Shown piece after piece: positions 41,954-56,900 of a DNA stretch of 64,000 bases. The DNA is taken from assembly GCA_965113315.1 (NCBI GenBank), contig OZ220371.1, one strand, 5' to 3'. This DNA is from Podarcis vaucheri. Lineage: Eukaryota. A program made the translations under genes and the position numbers. The notes under the pieces are model-generated. The model had not been told where the DNA came from and did no database searches. It worked only from the letters and a program-made list of their open reading frames with translations. How positions within the stretch are numbered: the stretch's first letter is position 1; every line of letters begins with the position of its first letter.

Positions 41954-44900
41954 TTCATAACGCAGTTTAAAGCAAGTACATTTTTTGCACCAGAAACATT
42001 ATCCCCACTTCCTTGTACATGCATTCATCATATTCATAAAAAACCTCATTCATAACACAGAAAGTGCAACTTTCATTCATGTAAACTTTTCTTTACAGTT
42101 ATCCATAGTTTTAGAAGTCATTTGTAAAATCTATGGATGTCAATAAGGCTCATCGTTCTAGTAACTTATTTTATGTCATCAAGTACTCAGTACGGCATAC
42201 ATGTTAAAATAGTACGGAATTGCCTGTCAATTGTATGCAGGTCTCTTACCACACCACAAAATGTGGTCTCATCTGCGGAGTAAAGTGCTACCACACCAGG
42301 CCACACAGAAACATCTGGATCCATAGTTTCAAATAAACCAGGAGTGTTTCTTTTTGCAAGAAGCTTAAAGTGAATAGCAGCTATTTTGAAAACAACATTT
42401 AGTTATAATACAATACAAAAATTTCACACATCATACAGGAATATAGAGAGAATAATTTTTGAAACACATTTCATAAAGCAAAACAGATCCTAATTGAAAA
42501 CTGTGAGAAGGCAGTCCTCTTTTGCAGGACTGTAGAAATTAATGTTCTATTGCAGGTGTGGATCCATCTTGAAAATGCATATTTCAATATGACAGCTAGG
42601 CCAAAATGGCAGCTCTCTCATTTCTGTATATAAATATCTATATATCATATATGGGAATTTCTGTAGCTGAGGTCAATATATTAGTATGGAAACGTTAAAT
42701 GCACAACAATAAACAGAAGTGGATCTGCATATTGTACTGTAATGAGTACTATTTCAATATAAACAAGCTACACACTAGCAGAGTTTATATGCACCACTAA
42801 GCTGTAATTTGTTTAGCTTAATTGTACTTTGTACCTCTAAACACACCCCAGTCAATAAACCTGAATACGAAATCATGGTTTAGCAAATCTCATCTTGTGC
42901 TGACTGATTTTTCATGACATCAAAACCCACTATCCTGCTTTAATTATGGTTTGTTTTGGCACATCAGCCCACACACTTGCCTTGCCACAAAAGCACAAGG
43001 CAAGGTCAGCACCAGGAGACAACTTCTCATCAGCAAGACACAGCCTGATCTGTTGAACAAACCATGGTTAAAATAGACAATGGCTTAACATTATGCGCAA
43101 GAACAACCTAAGTTGCTGTTGGCTTCAGTTTACTAAAATGGAAATTTAAAAATTGACAGAGGACAGAGTAATCCAAACCCCCAATCTGTCCTTGCACCTA
43201 GCCCTGCCCCACCAGCCTCTACCAGTGGGGGACATTTGCCATAGACAGTAAGGAGTGCTCTGGTGTGCCTGTCCAAGTGGTTGGCAGGCAGTAACTACCT
43301 TGAGTGTTATTGCTGCTGACAGTAGACAGAACTCCCCCAAATGGGATGTCTCTGGCAGGGCTGGGCCAGCATAGGATCTGCTGGCTCTGGTGTGGACCCT
43401 GCTGCCTTCATATGATGCCCAGTCCAGGTATCTTCAGCGCAACAACATGGGAGCAAAAGGGCATTTCTCTCTCTCCTCCCTCCCCACCATATCTTTTGTT
43501 TCAGTCAGTTCAAGTGCTGTTAAAGGCGGCATTTGCTGCACTGCTGTATCAAGCCCTGTCATTGCTGACTAGCGGGGCAGGATCGCACCCTAAATCACTT
43601 AAAGCTGTAACTGGTTGGCAGGTGGGTGTGGTTTTTGAAAATGGCCTCACAGGACAAACCTGGCCTGTTGGCATGAACTTTCCTACCCCTGCTGTAAAAG
43701 AACTAGGCAAGCAAAGGCACTGAAGCACTTAAAATTTCAATTCTAGTTACGACATACTGTACAGAAATACGGCAGGTGCTCTTTTAATATATACATTGAA
43801 GAGTTCAAGAATTCTACATTCTGAAATGTTCGCCAGGTGTTAGGCTTGTGTTTACCAAGAGAGAAAACAGTATCAAATTCAGTCATTTCCTTTGCAGTTT
43901 TCATATTTCAGTCTGGATTGCTTGCAATAGGTTTTCGTTGTGCGTTTCTTTTCCCTGGCAAGCACACTTCAACAGCTTGAGACATGTGTCTAGTTTCTAA
44001 AAATTGTGACTTCAGCCCAATAATAGGTTCCAAAAATCACCCCTATTCACTAGCAGAGGGAACACGCAGACTGCAGCTATGTCCTTGCCTCCCAATAAGG
44101 CCAACTCAGTAGCAGGTCAGCATGCAGCAATTAAAACGTCCTCCCAAATGGAAGAATTTGGGAGTAAACATCTGGATAAATAGTGCTGCCTCATCCACAA
44201 AATGACTTGCAGATTATAAAACAAACTGTACTGCAAACTGAAACCTTGTTGGTACTAAAGTTATGTGAATGCCTTATCAATGTCCATACTTTTTCCATAA
44301 GAATTTTCTTTCTACTGACAACTGTAACACCAATCACATCTTACGAGTGCATGGGATCTTCTTAGAGCATCACACGTATCCCTTCTGATGACTTCAATAA
44401 TAGTGTGTTACAGCTATAGGACAGCTGCATTGGCATTCACTGTACATATTGCAAAATGTTGAAACCATATGCTACTAATGTCCCTCAGCTAAAGAACTGT
44501 TGCTGCTGAATTTGCCTGCTCCATCACCTATGCAAGTCGCTCCACAAGCAAAGGCTGTGCATTCTTGCTACCTGAACACCATCGTCCACAGTAGTTATTA
44601 CCTGAACATGTACAACGCAATCTACATTCCAAGTAGCTGAAATAACTCCTCTTTGTGGAAGTCCTCAAATTCTGCAAGTTCTTTGGCACTACAAACTGGA
44701 AGGACCAAGATGCTAAACTATTGTGGATTTTTTTAGGCGAGTGTGGCGTTGACTCTCATGAGAGTTTGCCAAAATTGAATGCTACTTATTAACTTCCTTT
44801 TGTGTCCAAGTTCCTTTAACTTGTTCCTTCCAGCTTACTGTTTTACTTCAATGCATATTTGTGCTCCAGACTTCTTTGAAAATTTTTCCCCACTCCACCA

Positions 44901-47900
44901 TGATTTTTGCAAGTTTTGCCAATAAATGTCTCAAGATGGCACATCAGCATTTTCAAATTCTGAGCTATAATATAACCCATATTATAAGATGTATTATTAG
45001 CATTATTTGTAAGGAAGCACAAACTGCCATCATTTGGATCCTGACATAGGATATACAATCATAATATATGGGAATCTACTACTGAAGAGTTAGCAAAAAT
45101 ATCTAAATCACCCCATAACTTTGACATTAAAAACTCACTTTTATGGGAAGAATGAACATACATTTTAACAACAACAAGAATCTATAGTCTGGTGTCTGCA
45201 CAGCATTTGAATACCCATAAAACACTGGGAAACTGTCACAAAACTGTCATTCAACATTTAGCCCTATGGCAGCTAACATTGCTAATATTCCAGAGAAATC
45301 TCCTGTTCATATACAGGAAGTACAAAGTCGAAAATCCCTTTAAAACTAAGTTCTGAAACTTACATACTTATGTTTCCTGCAGAAAGATTGCATTGAATTT
45401 GTACAGAAAAATTCCAAGCCATATGACTGACTTCCAGCAAGACATATCTCAAGAGAGCAAACTAAAATCATGTAATACCACCAAGGAAATATACAGTGGC
45501 TCATTACAAGCTTCCCCAAATGTTTTCCACTATAATGGCTGTGCTGGCTGAGGCAGATTAATTTTTTTAACAAAATTTATACACCACTTACCCAAATAAA
45601 ATATCTAAGCGATTTATGAAGAGCAATTAAAAAGTAACTATTAGAAAGAAACATTAGAAAGAAATTGAAATTAATGGAAGTTTTATTCCAAAACAACTAA
45701 AAGGCACCAAGCTGAGAAGGCTGGCTTATTAAAAGGAGCAATTACCTTTTTAATAGTCATAATCATACAAATTACAAACACTGGAAAAGTTAAAGATTTT
45801 ATCTAAGTTACTGTGTATAATAGTGATTATCCCTACCCACATATTCTATACTTGATCCCAGTTTTCCAAATAGCTTCCAAAAGAAATGGGAATCATTTTA
45901 GGTTCTCATAATTATTCAGTAATGACTTTTCATTGGTTCCTGTCTCTGAGGCATAGTAAATCCTCACCTTCTTACTCCTAATGTGGTCTATCTAAGTCTT
46001 CATCACACTTGAGTCCCCAGATATTTTGGTCTACAGCTTCCACATCACTGACCATTGGCTAACCTGCCTGGGTATGATGGGAGCTGCTGCCCAATAGCAT
46101 CCAAGGACTTACAGTTGAAGAACTCTGGTCTGTATAAGTTGTTCCTTATGACAATTTCCAGAATAAACTAATTTGGTGTCTTTTGCATTATTTTCCTTGG
46201 GGGATTATGCAATCAACAAGTATATTAAACACCAGTAATAAAATATGTTAAAATTGCTCACAAATGAACCTCATGAACCTCAAAATCAATAGCCAATATA
46301 CCTTCTCATACGCAACCCTAAAACTTTTGAATCAAAACTGAAGAAAAGACTAGGAGGTTTGCAAGTCTGCCATCTTAGAATCCATGCATTTTCCAAAATG
46401 GCTGCATACCTGAAGCCGGCTGTAACACTATCTACAATCCTGCAGAAGTTTACCTTTTCATTTGCCTTCTCTTTGCCTTCTGGCACCCCAACAAATATTG
46501 TTTCACTTACTGTTGACAATGGATGTTAAATAAGAAGAAACAGAGTTTATAAGAGTCAGGGGTGTCCATATACTTTATTAACATTTGATGATAAAAATGC
46601 AAAAGCTTTATTATCACCTTGATGCCTCCTTTATCGTAAAATAAATTCTGCTTAAATTTAAATGTATTTTAAAATGTTCCATCGGCTTGTTTAAACTTCT
46701 ACACTGTGCTTTTTAAAAAATAAAGTTACTAGTGTAAGTCTTCACTGCCATAAAAATAATGTGCATACAGCTATGATATATATACTTGTACAGTTAAAAA
46801 ACAACACAAAAACACAAAAAACAAACCCAACTTCCTGCACATGATTTTATGGCTTGGATATTTCATTGCTTTTAAACTGATAATATCACAGCCCACCCAC
46901 ACCTCCGCATAGCAGTTTTTAAAATTACTGTATGCTCATTTTGGTTTTTGATTAAAAATTATAATGCTGCAGACATTCTAATGTTCAAAATCTTTAATTT
47001 ATGCAAGCATGCTCTTCAGATAGTAAGTTAGCTTTTCCAAACAACAGTACTATTGCTTTTAACATAGCTAGGGCCAATTTACCATGGATATAAAGATTAA
47101 AATATTATTGCACAATTCTACCTTCCATGTGATAATGACACCCAGTTTTCAATGCTCTACTGCAAGTGGCTTGAGCACATTTTAGTTTTTGGGAGGAGGG
47201 GGAGAAAGTTTGCAAAGAAGCATGTAATACTATAATCAGTAAAAGGGGAAAACCTAGTTATTAACCCATTACCAAAGACTGATTTCACCAGATCAGTGAC
47301 AGGCAATGAAGAATGCACAGACTAAGTTTAGCTTGCCTGGGTATTTCCATTAAAGACTACTTTCCCATCTTATTCAGAATAATCAACACTTTGTACAGTT
47401 GCCATATGGTACTAGCTTGGGACCAGGTGACCAGTGAGGAAGTTGGCAAAACATGGACTTTGTACCTAGCTATACGTACAATAAAAATATAAGAATGTTG
47501 TCGCACTGCAGTTTGATTGGTTACAGCCAGGGGCCACTGCAAACCACAGCACGATAGCCATTGCAGCTGCATCAGAGGGTGAGAGGGAGGGAAGCAGAGG
47601 TGGAAGCAGGCCAACCAGCAGGTGGGCTAGCAGGTGGCAAGGCTAGGGGGGCAGCAAACAGGCTTCTTTTTCATGCTTCCCACCGCAGACTGGAAGAAGC
47701 GGAGGGGACAAAGAAGTGCCTTTCTTTCCCCCCCACTGCCGGCCAAGGGAGGGAGGTTGTTGAGGGAAGTGAGTGAGTGGTCCAGGTGAGTTGGGGAGTT
47801 TTGGAGAGTTGTGATTTAGGGAAGGTCTAGGGGGAAGCTGTGGGTGGCTTTGGTGAGAAGCATAGGAGCCAACTCAATTATTTACTGCACACTGCCATTC

Positions 47901-47945
47901 AAATGGTGTGTGTGCACCATGTCATGTGATTGATTACGTGGGGCA

Positions 47946-48190
47946 GAAGAAGAGGAATTTGGATTTGATATCCCGCTTTATCACTACCGGAAGGAGTCTC
48001 AAAGCAGCTAACATTCTCCTTTCCCTTCCTCCCCCACAACAAACACTCTGTGAGGTGAGTGGGGCTGAGAGACTTCAAAGAAGTGTGACTGGCCCACAGT
48101 CACCCAGCAGCTGCATGTGGAGGGGCGGAGACGCGAACCTGGTTCCCCAGATTACGAGCCTATCACTCTTAACCACTACACCACACTGGC
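47946..48190 (-). mobile_element. Squam3-like tRNA-derived SINE
   Basis: Head gccagtgtggtgtagtggttaagag (A box) ... ggttcgcgtctcc (B box), core-like body, (CTT)n tail. Confidence 0.88.
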
Positions 48191-48311
48191 AGGGCTTATG
48201 TGGGCCTCCCAATATTTTATTCAAGTTGACACCCCTGGCGAGGGGGTTTGATGGGGATGTAGGTGGGTTTGGTGAACAAAGCAAGCTTGGCTGCAGTCCC
48301 TAGCTGTCTAC

Positions 48312-49035
48312 GTAAGAACGTAAACAGAGAGTTGCTGGATCAGACCAAAGGTCTGATCCAACATCCTGTTCTCATAGTAGCCAATCAGATGCCTTTGAGA
48401 TCACATACATGGGAGGAAGCACGTTGCCTCTGACAGGACAGGCAGAACACAGCCATTGTGACTAGCAGCCATTGGTAGCCTTCATGAATTTGTCTAATCC
48501 CCTTTTAATGCCACCTCTACATCTTGTGCGAGGCAATTCCATAGTTTAACTATATGCTCTGTGAAGAAGTCCTGTCTGTATTGAATCTTCAAAGTTCCAG
48601 CTTCATTGGATGGCCCCTGGTTCTAGGATTACAAGAAAGAAAAACTCCCTATCCACTTTCTCTAAGCCATGCATAATCTAATACACCTCTGCTTTGCTCG
48701 TCCCCATTATTGGCCTGTTCTCTAAACTAAAAAAAGCCCCAAAGGGTGTAATCTTTCCTCAGAAGGGAGGTTGCCTTTTTTGAAACCTCTTCCACCTCTA
48801 CAGTGTTCCTTTTGAGGCAACACAGCCAGAAATGTACACAGTATTTCAAGTGTTCACACCATAAATATGCAGAACAGCATTATGATATTAGCAGTTTTAT
48901 TTTAAATCCTTTCTCTTATTATCCCTACCAGGGAACTCACTTTTCCCCCACAGCGCTGTCCACTGGATCACTACTGTTACTGAGCTATCTGCTTTGACCC
49001 CAAAGTCTTGTTCCTGGTTAGTTCACTGCCAGTTC
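48312..49035 (-). mobile_element. Degenerate CR1 LINE 3' fragment
   Basis: gtaagaacgtaa...gctggatcagaccaaagg tail, then ORF2-like antisense (cagaaatgtacacagtatttcaagtg). Confidence 0.8.
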
Positions 49036-51189
49036 AGAATGCTTCTAAACTAGATTAAGTTCAGAAACCTCTGTGTCAGGAGACAAAAGCAGAAGATAAC
49101 CATGGTTATTGGGAAGCAAAGATGATGTTTCCATCTTGTACGTTAATAATATGTTTGGAACAGACAACAGCAGCCGTTAAAAAAATGATTATTGGTGCTT
49201 GCTAAAGGACTTTTTATGGGTATAACAAAATATTCTGTACTCTAAGATCCTAAAATAGACACACACACTATTCCATTAGGAGCAGTAGGAACTATCTAGG
49301 CAAAATCTTCTGAATGCAGTAGATGGTGTGCATAGAAATTTCTTTGTAGAAGTTACAGGAGATACCAAGTCACAGTCTGTAAAGCAAAGGGTAGAGTTCA
49401 CTCAAGTGCTCTCTTCCCCCAATCAATATGTGAAAAATAATAATAAAAAACCTATAGCAGCTGCTACCCTCAAGCACACACAAGGACATAAGTTATCAAG
49501 TGACTGTGAGAAAAATGACCATGTTTAACTTCGTTCATGTGAAGCATCACAACATTTAGATTAATTCTATGCCCACTCACTTTGAACTGACTTTCCTCAA
49601 TATGCAGGTAGCTCCCTGTACATATTACACACACAATTTCTGATCACTTGCAGAAGAAAAGTCTGCAGCAAGAAGAAGATGACTGCGTTCTATATTGAAA
49701 CCCAGTAAATTGCCTTGGACTTGGTTTTCCAAACCTAGTTCTAGAATATTTTCTCAGTTTCGCTTCTGTAGGCTAACTTCCCACCCCCTAATTCATAAGG
49801 TTGATAGAATACGATGCACTTACAAGACAATAGCTGATATTTCTCTCCCTCTCTTTTAAAAAAGTGAAGAACATGATTCATTGCAGGGGTCTAACAGATG
49901 CCCCTCCCAATCCACAACCCTGGACGTTCAGTGCTACCTTTTTGCAATTTGGTGCATTCGCAAAAACAGTCCACCCAGAAACAAACACACACACACACAC
50001 TTTGCTGGGTACATTTTTCTCCTGTGCAGCAGCAGCAGCCTCACCATTGTAATTCGCAAAGGCACAAGGCAGGATTCTTTGAAGGCAGGAGGTCTGAAAA
50101 AATGATAAACTAGCCATCTCCCCCCTGCTCTTTGCTCCATTTACTGCAAAACACAAACAATGAAGATAAAAATGGCTGCTACCATTTTCGTCAACAGTTA
50201 TTGTAAGTACAAGTCAGTATATGTGCAAGAATCTATTTTTTGTGATTGGATATTGACAAATACCATCAAACTTTACATCTCCAACAAACACAACTATAGT
50301 AAAGTTTGGCCACTGTTAAGAGAACACAATGCTGGATGAGACAGCAAAGCAATTCTTATTAGAAAGTCACCACAACTACAGGAAGACCAGCAAAACAAAC
50401 AGCTTCAGTGTGTCCTGTTTTGGAAAAGTCTTGTGCTGATTCCAATACAACAGAGTGAGAATCCAAGCCACATGAAGTACCAAAGAGTAAACACTTGTCT
50501 TGCTCTTCAGATTTAAAAAGGCAAGCATTAATTCAAATAATTATTTTTGTCCTTTCTTTTGTCCTTTCTCTAAGTGCTATTATTGCCAATATTGTCAAAC
50601 CATGTGTTTTGTGGGGTGGGTTTTCTCTAGAAGTAACATTAATAAATTCGTCATTTTTCTGAATGCAAAGTCAGACTGCGCACAAACCACAGAAAGGGCA
50701 AGACCTCTCTGAATAGGATTCTCATATGTATGCATCAATGTATGACTAAGCCTTGCATTTAGACAAAAGGTTAAAGCTAGCGGAGAAGGAAGCTCAACAA
50801 CAGTTGTCAAGTATCCAAAAGGCTGCCATAAAGCAGAAAAATAACAATTTCACACAAATATATGTAGGGTTCAACTTGCCGCAGAGCAGTTTCAGCTTGA
50901 CTTATCAGCCAATATTTCCTATTTCTCAAAACAGGCAATGGAGCTGGCAAGACAGCTGCAGAATTTACTTCCCTATACGGGTTTTTAAATGCAATGATGA
51001 GTATTAGTCAAATGTGGTTTATATCTACAGGGTCACATTGCTTCAACAAGTATCAGCAGAGTTTTCCAAGGTACTGTAACTCTTTTCACAACTTTGTTGC
51101 TGCTTTTTAAAATGAAACGTGAGCCAAATGGAGCTTTCCAGAATTATCCCCATGCCTCACCTTAAGAGACCATGCAGATTCTTTAGCAG

Positions 51190-51325
51190 AGCTTTCAACA
51201 AACGGGTAACCTCAGAAGTTGTTGGACCACAACTCCCTTCAGCCCCAGCCAGTTTGGCTAATGGTCAGAAATGATGGGAGTTGCAATCAAAACCATCTGA
51301 AGAGCACAGGGCTGGGGAAGGCGGT
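51190..51325. mobile_element. Degenerate hAT-type MITE; a similar copy lies at about 45995-46128
   Basis: ggaccacaactcccttcagccccagccag...gatgggagttg...gctggggaaggc. Confidence 0.6.
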
Positions 51326-53770
51326 TCTAGCACAATATTCACATCTCCTAGAAAGGAACTCTTCTCTTTACCAGTAAGAAAGTGCTCGGCTTAAGTGTTA
51401 GCACTTCGCATGAACAGCAAACTGCTTCTGAAGAAGAATTAAAATAAAAATCACAAGCAATATCAAAAATCATGAAGTGAAAATGAGGAAAGATTATTAG
51501 CCGGAACACATCCCTATCTTAATAGACCACAGAGTGCATTGTAGTCATGCAGAGTTCAGCAGCACATAACAGAAAACATTTCTTCACTACTAGAATAGTA
51601 AATCAGTAGGAATATCCAGTAGGAATCTTTCTAGCATTTCTGCATCTTAACAGACAGCATATGCACTGTGCTCCTAAGCATGTTTATTCGGAAGCAAGTG
51701 AGCTCAATGGGGCTCTCTCAAGGGAGTATTTCAAAAGAAACTCCATGCAGGCAAACTCAGGAAGGATATTACAAGTAGACCACGCCTCCCTTCTCTCAGA
51801 TGGAGTAATTTCACTGAAACAATACCCAAATAGTGGTCTATCAACTTGAATAGTATTTCTCTACTAACAGCAATTGGTGTTGTGCTTAAGTGCTTGTGCA
51901 TTTGCAAAACAGACTTTTCCTCTTCTGTTTGCACCAATTTGTAGATGCAGCATTATAACATTTCAGCCTTTTTTCAGTTCACTTCTATAAGTGAGGATCA
52001 GTTCAGCCTCAAAAAGCCCAGCTGAGTCAATCAAACCTCATCTGTTTTAGCTATTTGCTATAATTGAGGGAGCTAAAAAATACATTCTATAGAGTAAAAA
52101 GTTGGGAGTGCCACCAAAGCTTCCATTCACTGCTCTTTTGCTATGAAATCACATAAACTGCCTTTGATTTACTCATTTAGAAAACAAATCTAAAAAACAG
52201 TCAAACTTAGTAAATTGCCCAAAACATTTTGGAGGAAACCATCTTGCTTAGTTTGGTAAGGAAAAACTTACTAGACCCTCTGAGAAAGGTTTCTACCAAT
52301 GTGCAATTTACTATTTTATTTTATACATTTCATTGCAATTTTGAGGCTTGCCTTTTCTTCTCTTGTATTTGGTGCTTCCCGTTCTTTTTCCCTCTCTCTA
52401 TAAGTGGATGTTCAGTGTGCAGGTAACAAACATACACATTTTCCCATAGGAGAAACTAAAAGTGTCATCCAATGTATGTCTACTCAAAAGTAAGCTGCAC
52501 TGAGTACAACAAGGCTTACTCCCAGGTAAATAGTCACAAGACTGCAGCCTGAGAGCCATTTCCCCCCATAGGAGTATGTGCACATTTTTCTAGTACAAGC
52601 ATTTTTAAGCAAGTAATCCATTAACACTGCAGATACTGATAAATCTGTTTTAAAAGGTAAGTGTCAGTATTGCAGCTGACCTGCAGAGCCTTGAAAGCTC
52701 TTTTCTTTCATTATAATATTGTTTCACCGATCACAGTTAAATGCTAGTTAAGAATTATAAAATGTATTTATTTTCTAATTTCCAAAAAGCTATTTGACAT
52801 GACATGTTCTACAGCAGAAATTGGGGCTTTTGCTATTAACTTTTAAATTGCTCATTTTCTTCCAATTGTTTGTTTACGTATGTATCAAAATAAATCTACC
52901 CTGATGGATTCCCACCTAACCATTTAGAGACAGGAAAAGGGGTGAAAAAGAAAAGGAAAAAAGTTTAGCAAGCAAAAAAACCTCATGGTACAACCTTGAT
53001 TCACTTATTTTCATGCTGATTATAATCATCAGCATATCTTTATAAATTACTCTTTCACATTTCAACTTTATATTTAAAAAAGTCATCTAGAAATTACCCA
53101 GGTGTGAACATCATAATTAAAATCATACCAGCTCTGGTTTTCATAGGCACATTTCTTAAAACAGTTTGTCAGCAGAGCCATAAAAACCTACATTGCTGTT
53201 TAAACCTCTGTGCAGTCTCCTAAAAGTGTTTGTCTTTTAGCGAAATGACAGTGTTAAGAGAGAGGGAATCTACAAAGGACAGCCTTCTGTGCACCAAAGA
53301 TAGAAATTGTTCTAAAGCAATATTCTCAAAGGTTTTTTGAGAGCAAAAATTATGCTCCTTCTCTAGAATATTAAAAACAGCACAGTTCTATTACCATCAC
53401 AAAATGGCATGTGTACAAAATGCAGCTGCACAATAACTACTAGGTATTTGGGGGGGGGGAGGGAGGACTCCAAACACCCTATTCCCCCCTTTCCTAGAAT
53501 TTGGCAACTTTGCATATGATACAGAATGGTTGCCAAATAATCACACTGCTTTGTATGGCATACTGAATAGTTCTTTTACAACACTAGCTAAGTTTTTAAA
53601 AATTGCTTGAACTTAAAGGTTAAAACTTGTTATTAGGGAAAATAAACCCTCTCTGGCACGGAGTGAAGGGTTGCAGGACAGCCATAGACAAACCCTGGCT
53701 GTCCTGGTTTTCAGTATCAGTATCAAGGGTAGTGCATAGATCCATTGTGAGGAGGGAAACTGTACGTTTG

Positions 53771-53951
53771 TCACTTCTTCTGAGTAGCCTGGAAGGCTTT
53801 CAGTTCCACCTGATACCAGCCTGGAGCTTCCGGCCCATTTTGTCCAATGGGATTGTGATCGTATCCATAAGCCACTGTTAATTCTTCATCCTTCTCAACA
53901 GCCCTAATAGTGCGGATACATTTAATCAACCCAAAACGAGGATGAACAAAC
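53771..53951 (-). CDS. SETD7: SETD7 exon 8 (FVHPRFGL...QATQKK*)
   Basis: tctag|G TTT...AAG TGA, 181 nt. Confidence 0.96.
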
Positions 53952-56900
53952 CTAGAAAGGAAGGAAGCATACACAGTCAGAAAAAGGAAACTCGGCAAGC
54001 CCAAACGATGTATTCGTTTTCTTGAAAGCTTTACATATATCCTGTGTGTTTTTTAGATATAGGTGACGCAGCACTACCAGAAAACACTATAGGAGTGTCA
54101 CTGACCACTTTTTTTCCTGCAGCAAAATATTCATATCGTAAAACCTTTATTGGCATCACATACAACATCCAAAACAAATCAATACAGAATTGCCACTTCC
54201 CCAGTGGCACAAAACATTTGCTAAAAAGAAAGGAGGCAGAGCAGTCTATCGTCACATCTCTTGGTCTCCAGGGAGATCAGACGTCTGCAGTGTATTTCGA
54301 CGACAAAAAACCAAATAGAGATATTTAGCCAGCAGCAAAATATTGTTAAATAGCAACAACAAACGTTTTGGGAAAAGTTACAGTTAAGCAGTCCATCCAC
54401 TGTAGATAACACAGGAGAGTGGATGGGACTAAGAACAGAGGGCAGCAGAAACAGCTCTCTTGACTCACAGTAGGGCCACCGCTGAACGCAGAGGCAAAAC
54501 CAAGAAGATACACCTCAGCATCTTCTTCAACGAAAGATCCTACCACCCACCTCCCAGCAAAATATTTGTGGCTGGTGCAGGATTTTACACTTACAGTAGA
54601 TATGGGGTGTCTAACTTTTTCTGGACAGAGGGTTGTATTCACCTATTATCAACCCTCGGGAGTCACATGTTAATGTGGGCACGAACAAAGCACACAACTG
54701 GGCGTAGTTAATGAGTCTGCCTTCCAAAAGGGTCTCCCACCAGCAATCCTACACCATTTAAAATTTATTTTCATTCATTAAATTCGGTTAAAAACCATTT
54801 AATTTAAAAAAATGACAAATTTTGTAGGTTTTTTAGGAGGAGGGACCCCAAAAATCTTCAGGAGTAGCCTGACCATGGGTGGTCAGGGCTAGCCACCCCT
54901 GACTCAGAGCATGGTGGATAAGTGCCATTTTCCAGGAATGCTTCCCTTGCTTTCAACTGTATTTTTCATCAGTTTTCCCCACCCACTTGATTTAGTGCTG
55001 TAGTTGCCGTGATCCTTTGATATCATCTGCTATCGCATTGGCAGATACAGTTCTGACACCTGAAAAGCAGCACCTTCATCAAGCATAAGTTTAGTACTTA
55101 CGAGTCATAGACACTATTTGGTGTGAAAGAATGATTTGCCTTGTGCCCCAATGAGGCACAGTATTTGGCTGCGTGGTTGTAGGGTTCCGGTACATCTATG
55201 ACTGTTTCATCATCAAGGGATATTGTGTTACCATTCAGAGCCCAGTCCCTGCCATCCACCTAAAACAGACATTGTTGCAGTGTCAACTTTGTGTTTTTGT
55301 CAGCCTGAAGATACAATGCAGATTTTTCTTGTGTTACATGCTTTAAAGGAGAGAGACCAGTGGTATTCAATCAGGCTTGCAAGTACAGTCATGCCTCAGG
55401 TTAAAGATGCTTCGGGTTAAATCTTTTCAGGTTGCGTCCTGCAGCGACCCGGAAGTACCAGAAAGAGTTACTTCCGGGTTTCGCTGCTTGCGCAGAAGCG
55501 CAAAATGACGTCACGCGCATGCGCAGAGGCTGTGAATTGCGACCCGCGCGTGCGCAGACGCGGGTTGTGTTCCTTTCAGGTTGCGAATGGGCCTCTGGAA
55601 CGGATCCCGTTCGCAATCAGAGGTACCACTGTACTCTATTAGGAAACAAATTTAAGAGAAGGAAAACATGCCACTCCAATAGTCCTGACCATAGTAAGTT
55701 GCCTTAACTTCTTGCCCTTTCTGCTTCATTACCTCTACACAATAAAAATCAGTTTTACAGCAGACTTGTGGCACACTTACTGAAATCTCTAATCGAGTGA
55801 ACAAAATCATCCTTAATTTTCAAAGGCTTGCTGGACTGATATTAAAGAAACTGAGAAGCAAGATACACTTTTAACAAGACAATTCTCTGTAGAGAACCTT
55901 TGGGTCTTCAAATACTTGTGAGATCCCATAATGACTACAGGATCCTTGACCATGCATTATATGAAATCAACACACTTTTTTTACCCAGTCCTGGTGAATA
56001 CTGAAGCATTTTTGAAATAATAGGGTGAACAAGCAACAAAAATGTTTCCAAAAAGGTAGTGTTTCAGAAGTAGCAATGAAAAGTTCTCACTTCACTTTAC
56101 CTCCTGGTGTGTAATTCGTACGCCATTGTAAAAGGACATAACTGTGCCAACCTCAGCAGATACTTTAGTAAATAACCCTTCTCCTGCGCTGGAAATGAGA
56201 GATGCATCTACATATACCCTGATGAAAGGAAAGAGTAAAAAGAAAGTACAGTGTCATTATTACTACTCTGTAATACACTAATATTTTTAGAAAACTATTT
56301 TATTAGTTTGTGTAAATTTGAGATCATTAATTTTGGGCCATGGGAAGAAATACTAGCACAGGTGTCAAATGTGACAAAGCCTCTGTGTTTAGAAAAAAGG
56401 GAAAGTGTATCAATACTTTGCCCAACAAAATGCAGAGTCCCATCAAGTTTCTGTCCCTGCCAAATCCTGATTATGTAAATTGAAGATCATCTTCTGAACA
56501 GCCAAATAAAAGTATTGCAATGTTTTTTTGGGCAAGGAGTGGGTGGAGAAACAGTTATTTGTAGCCACTGAGAGATATATTAAACAAAGAAATACTTTAG
56601 TACAGTACCACAGTTTTTCACTACTGTACTTAAAAATTCATTTAAAAATCACTTTTAGAAGAAATATAAAAGTTTCCTCCTAATAGTTACAGATTTTTCA
56701 TACCAATTCATGTTTTTAGGAAAACATTTCAATTCAATTAAGCTCATGCAAGATAACCATCAAATTAATGAGCTAATATGATGTCATTTGCACACAAGTA
56801 GTTCTGTTTGCAATTCAAAGGAATAAAGTGTTGCTGAATGCTGTCTTAAAATGCGAAGCAGAACAACTAAATTGTTTCTTTGCAAATATTTAAGAAAGGG

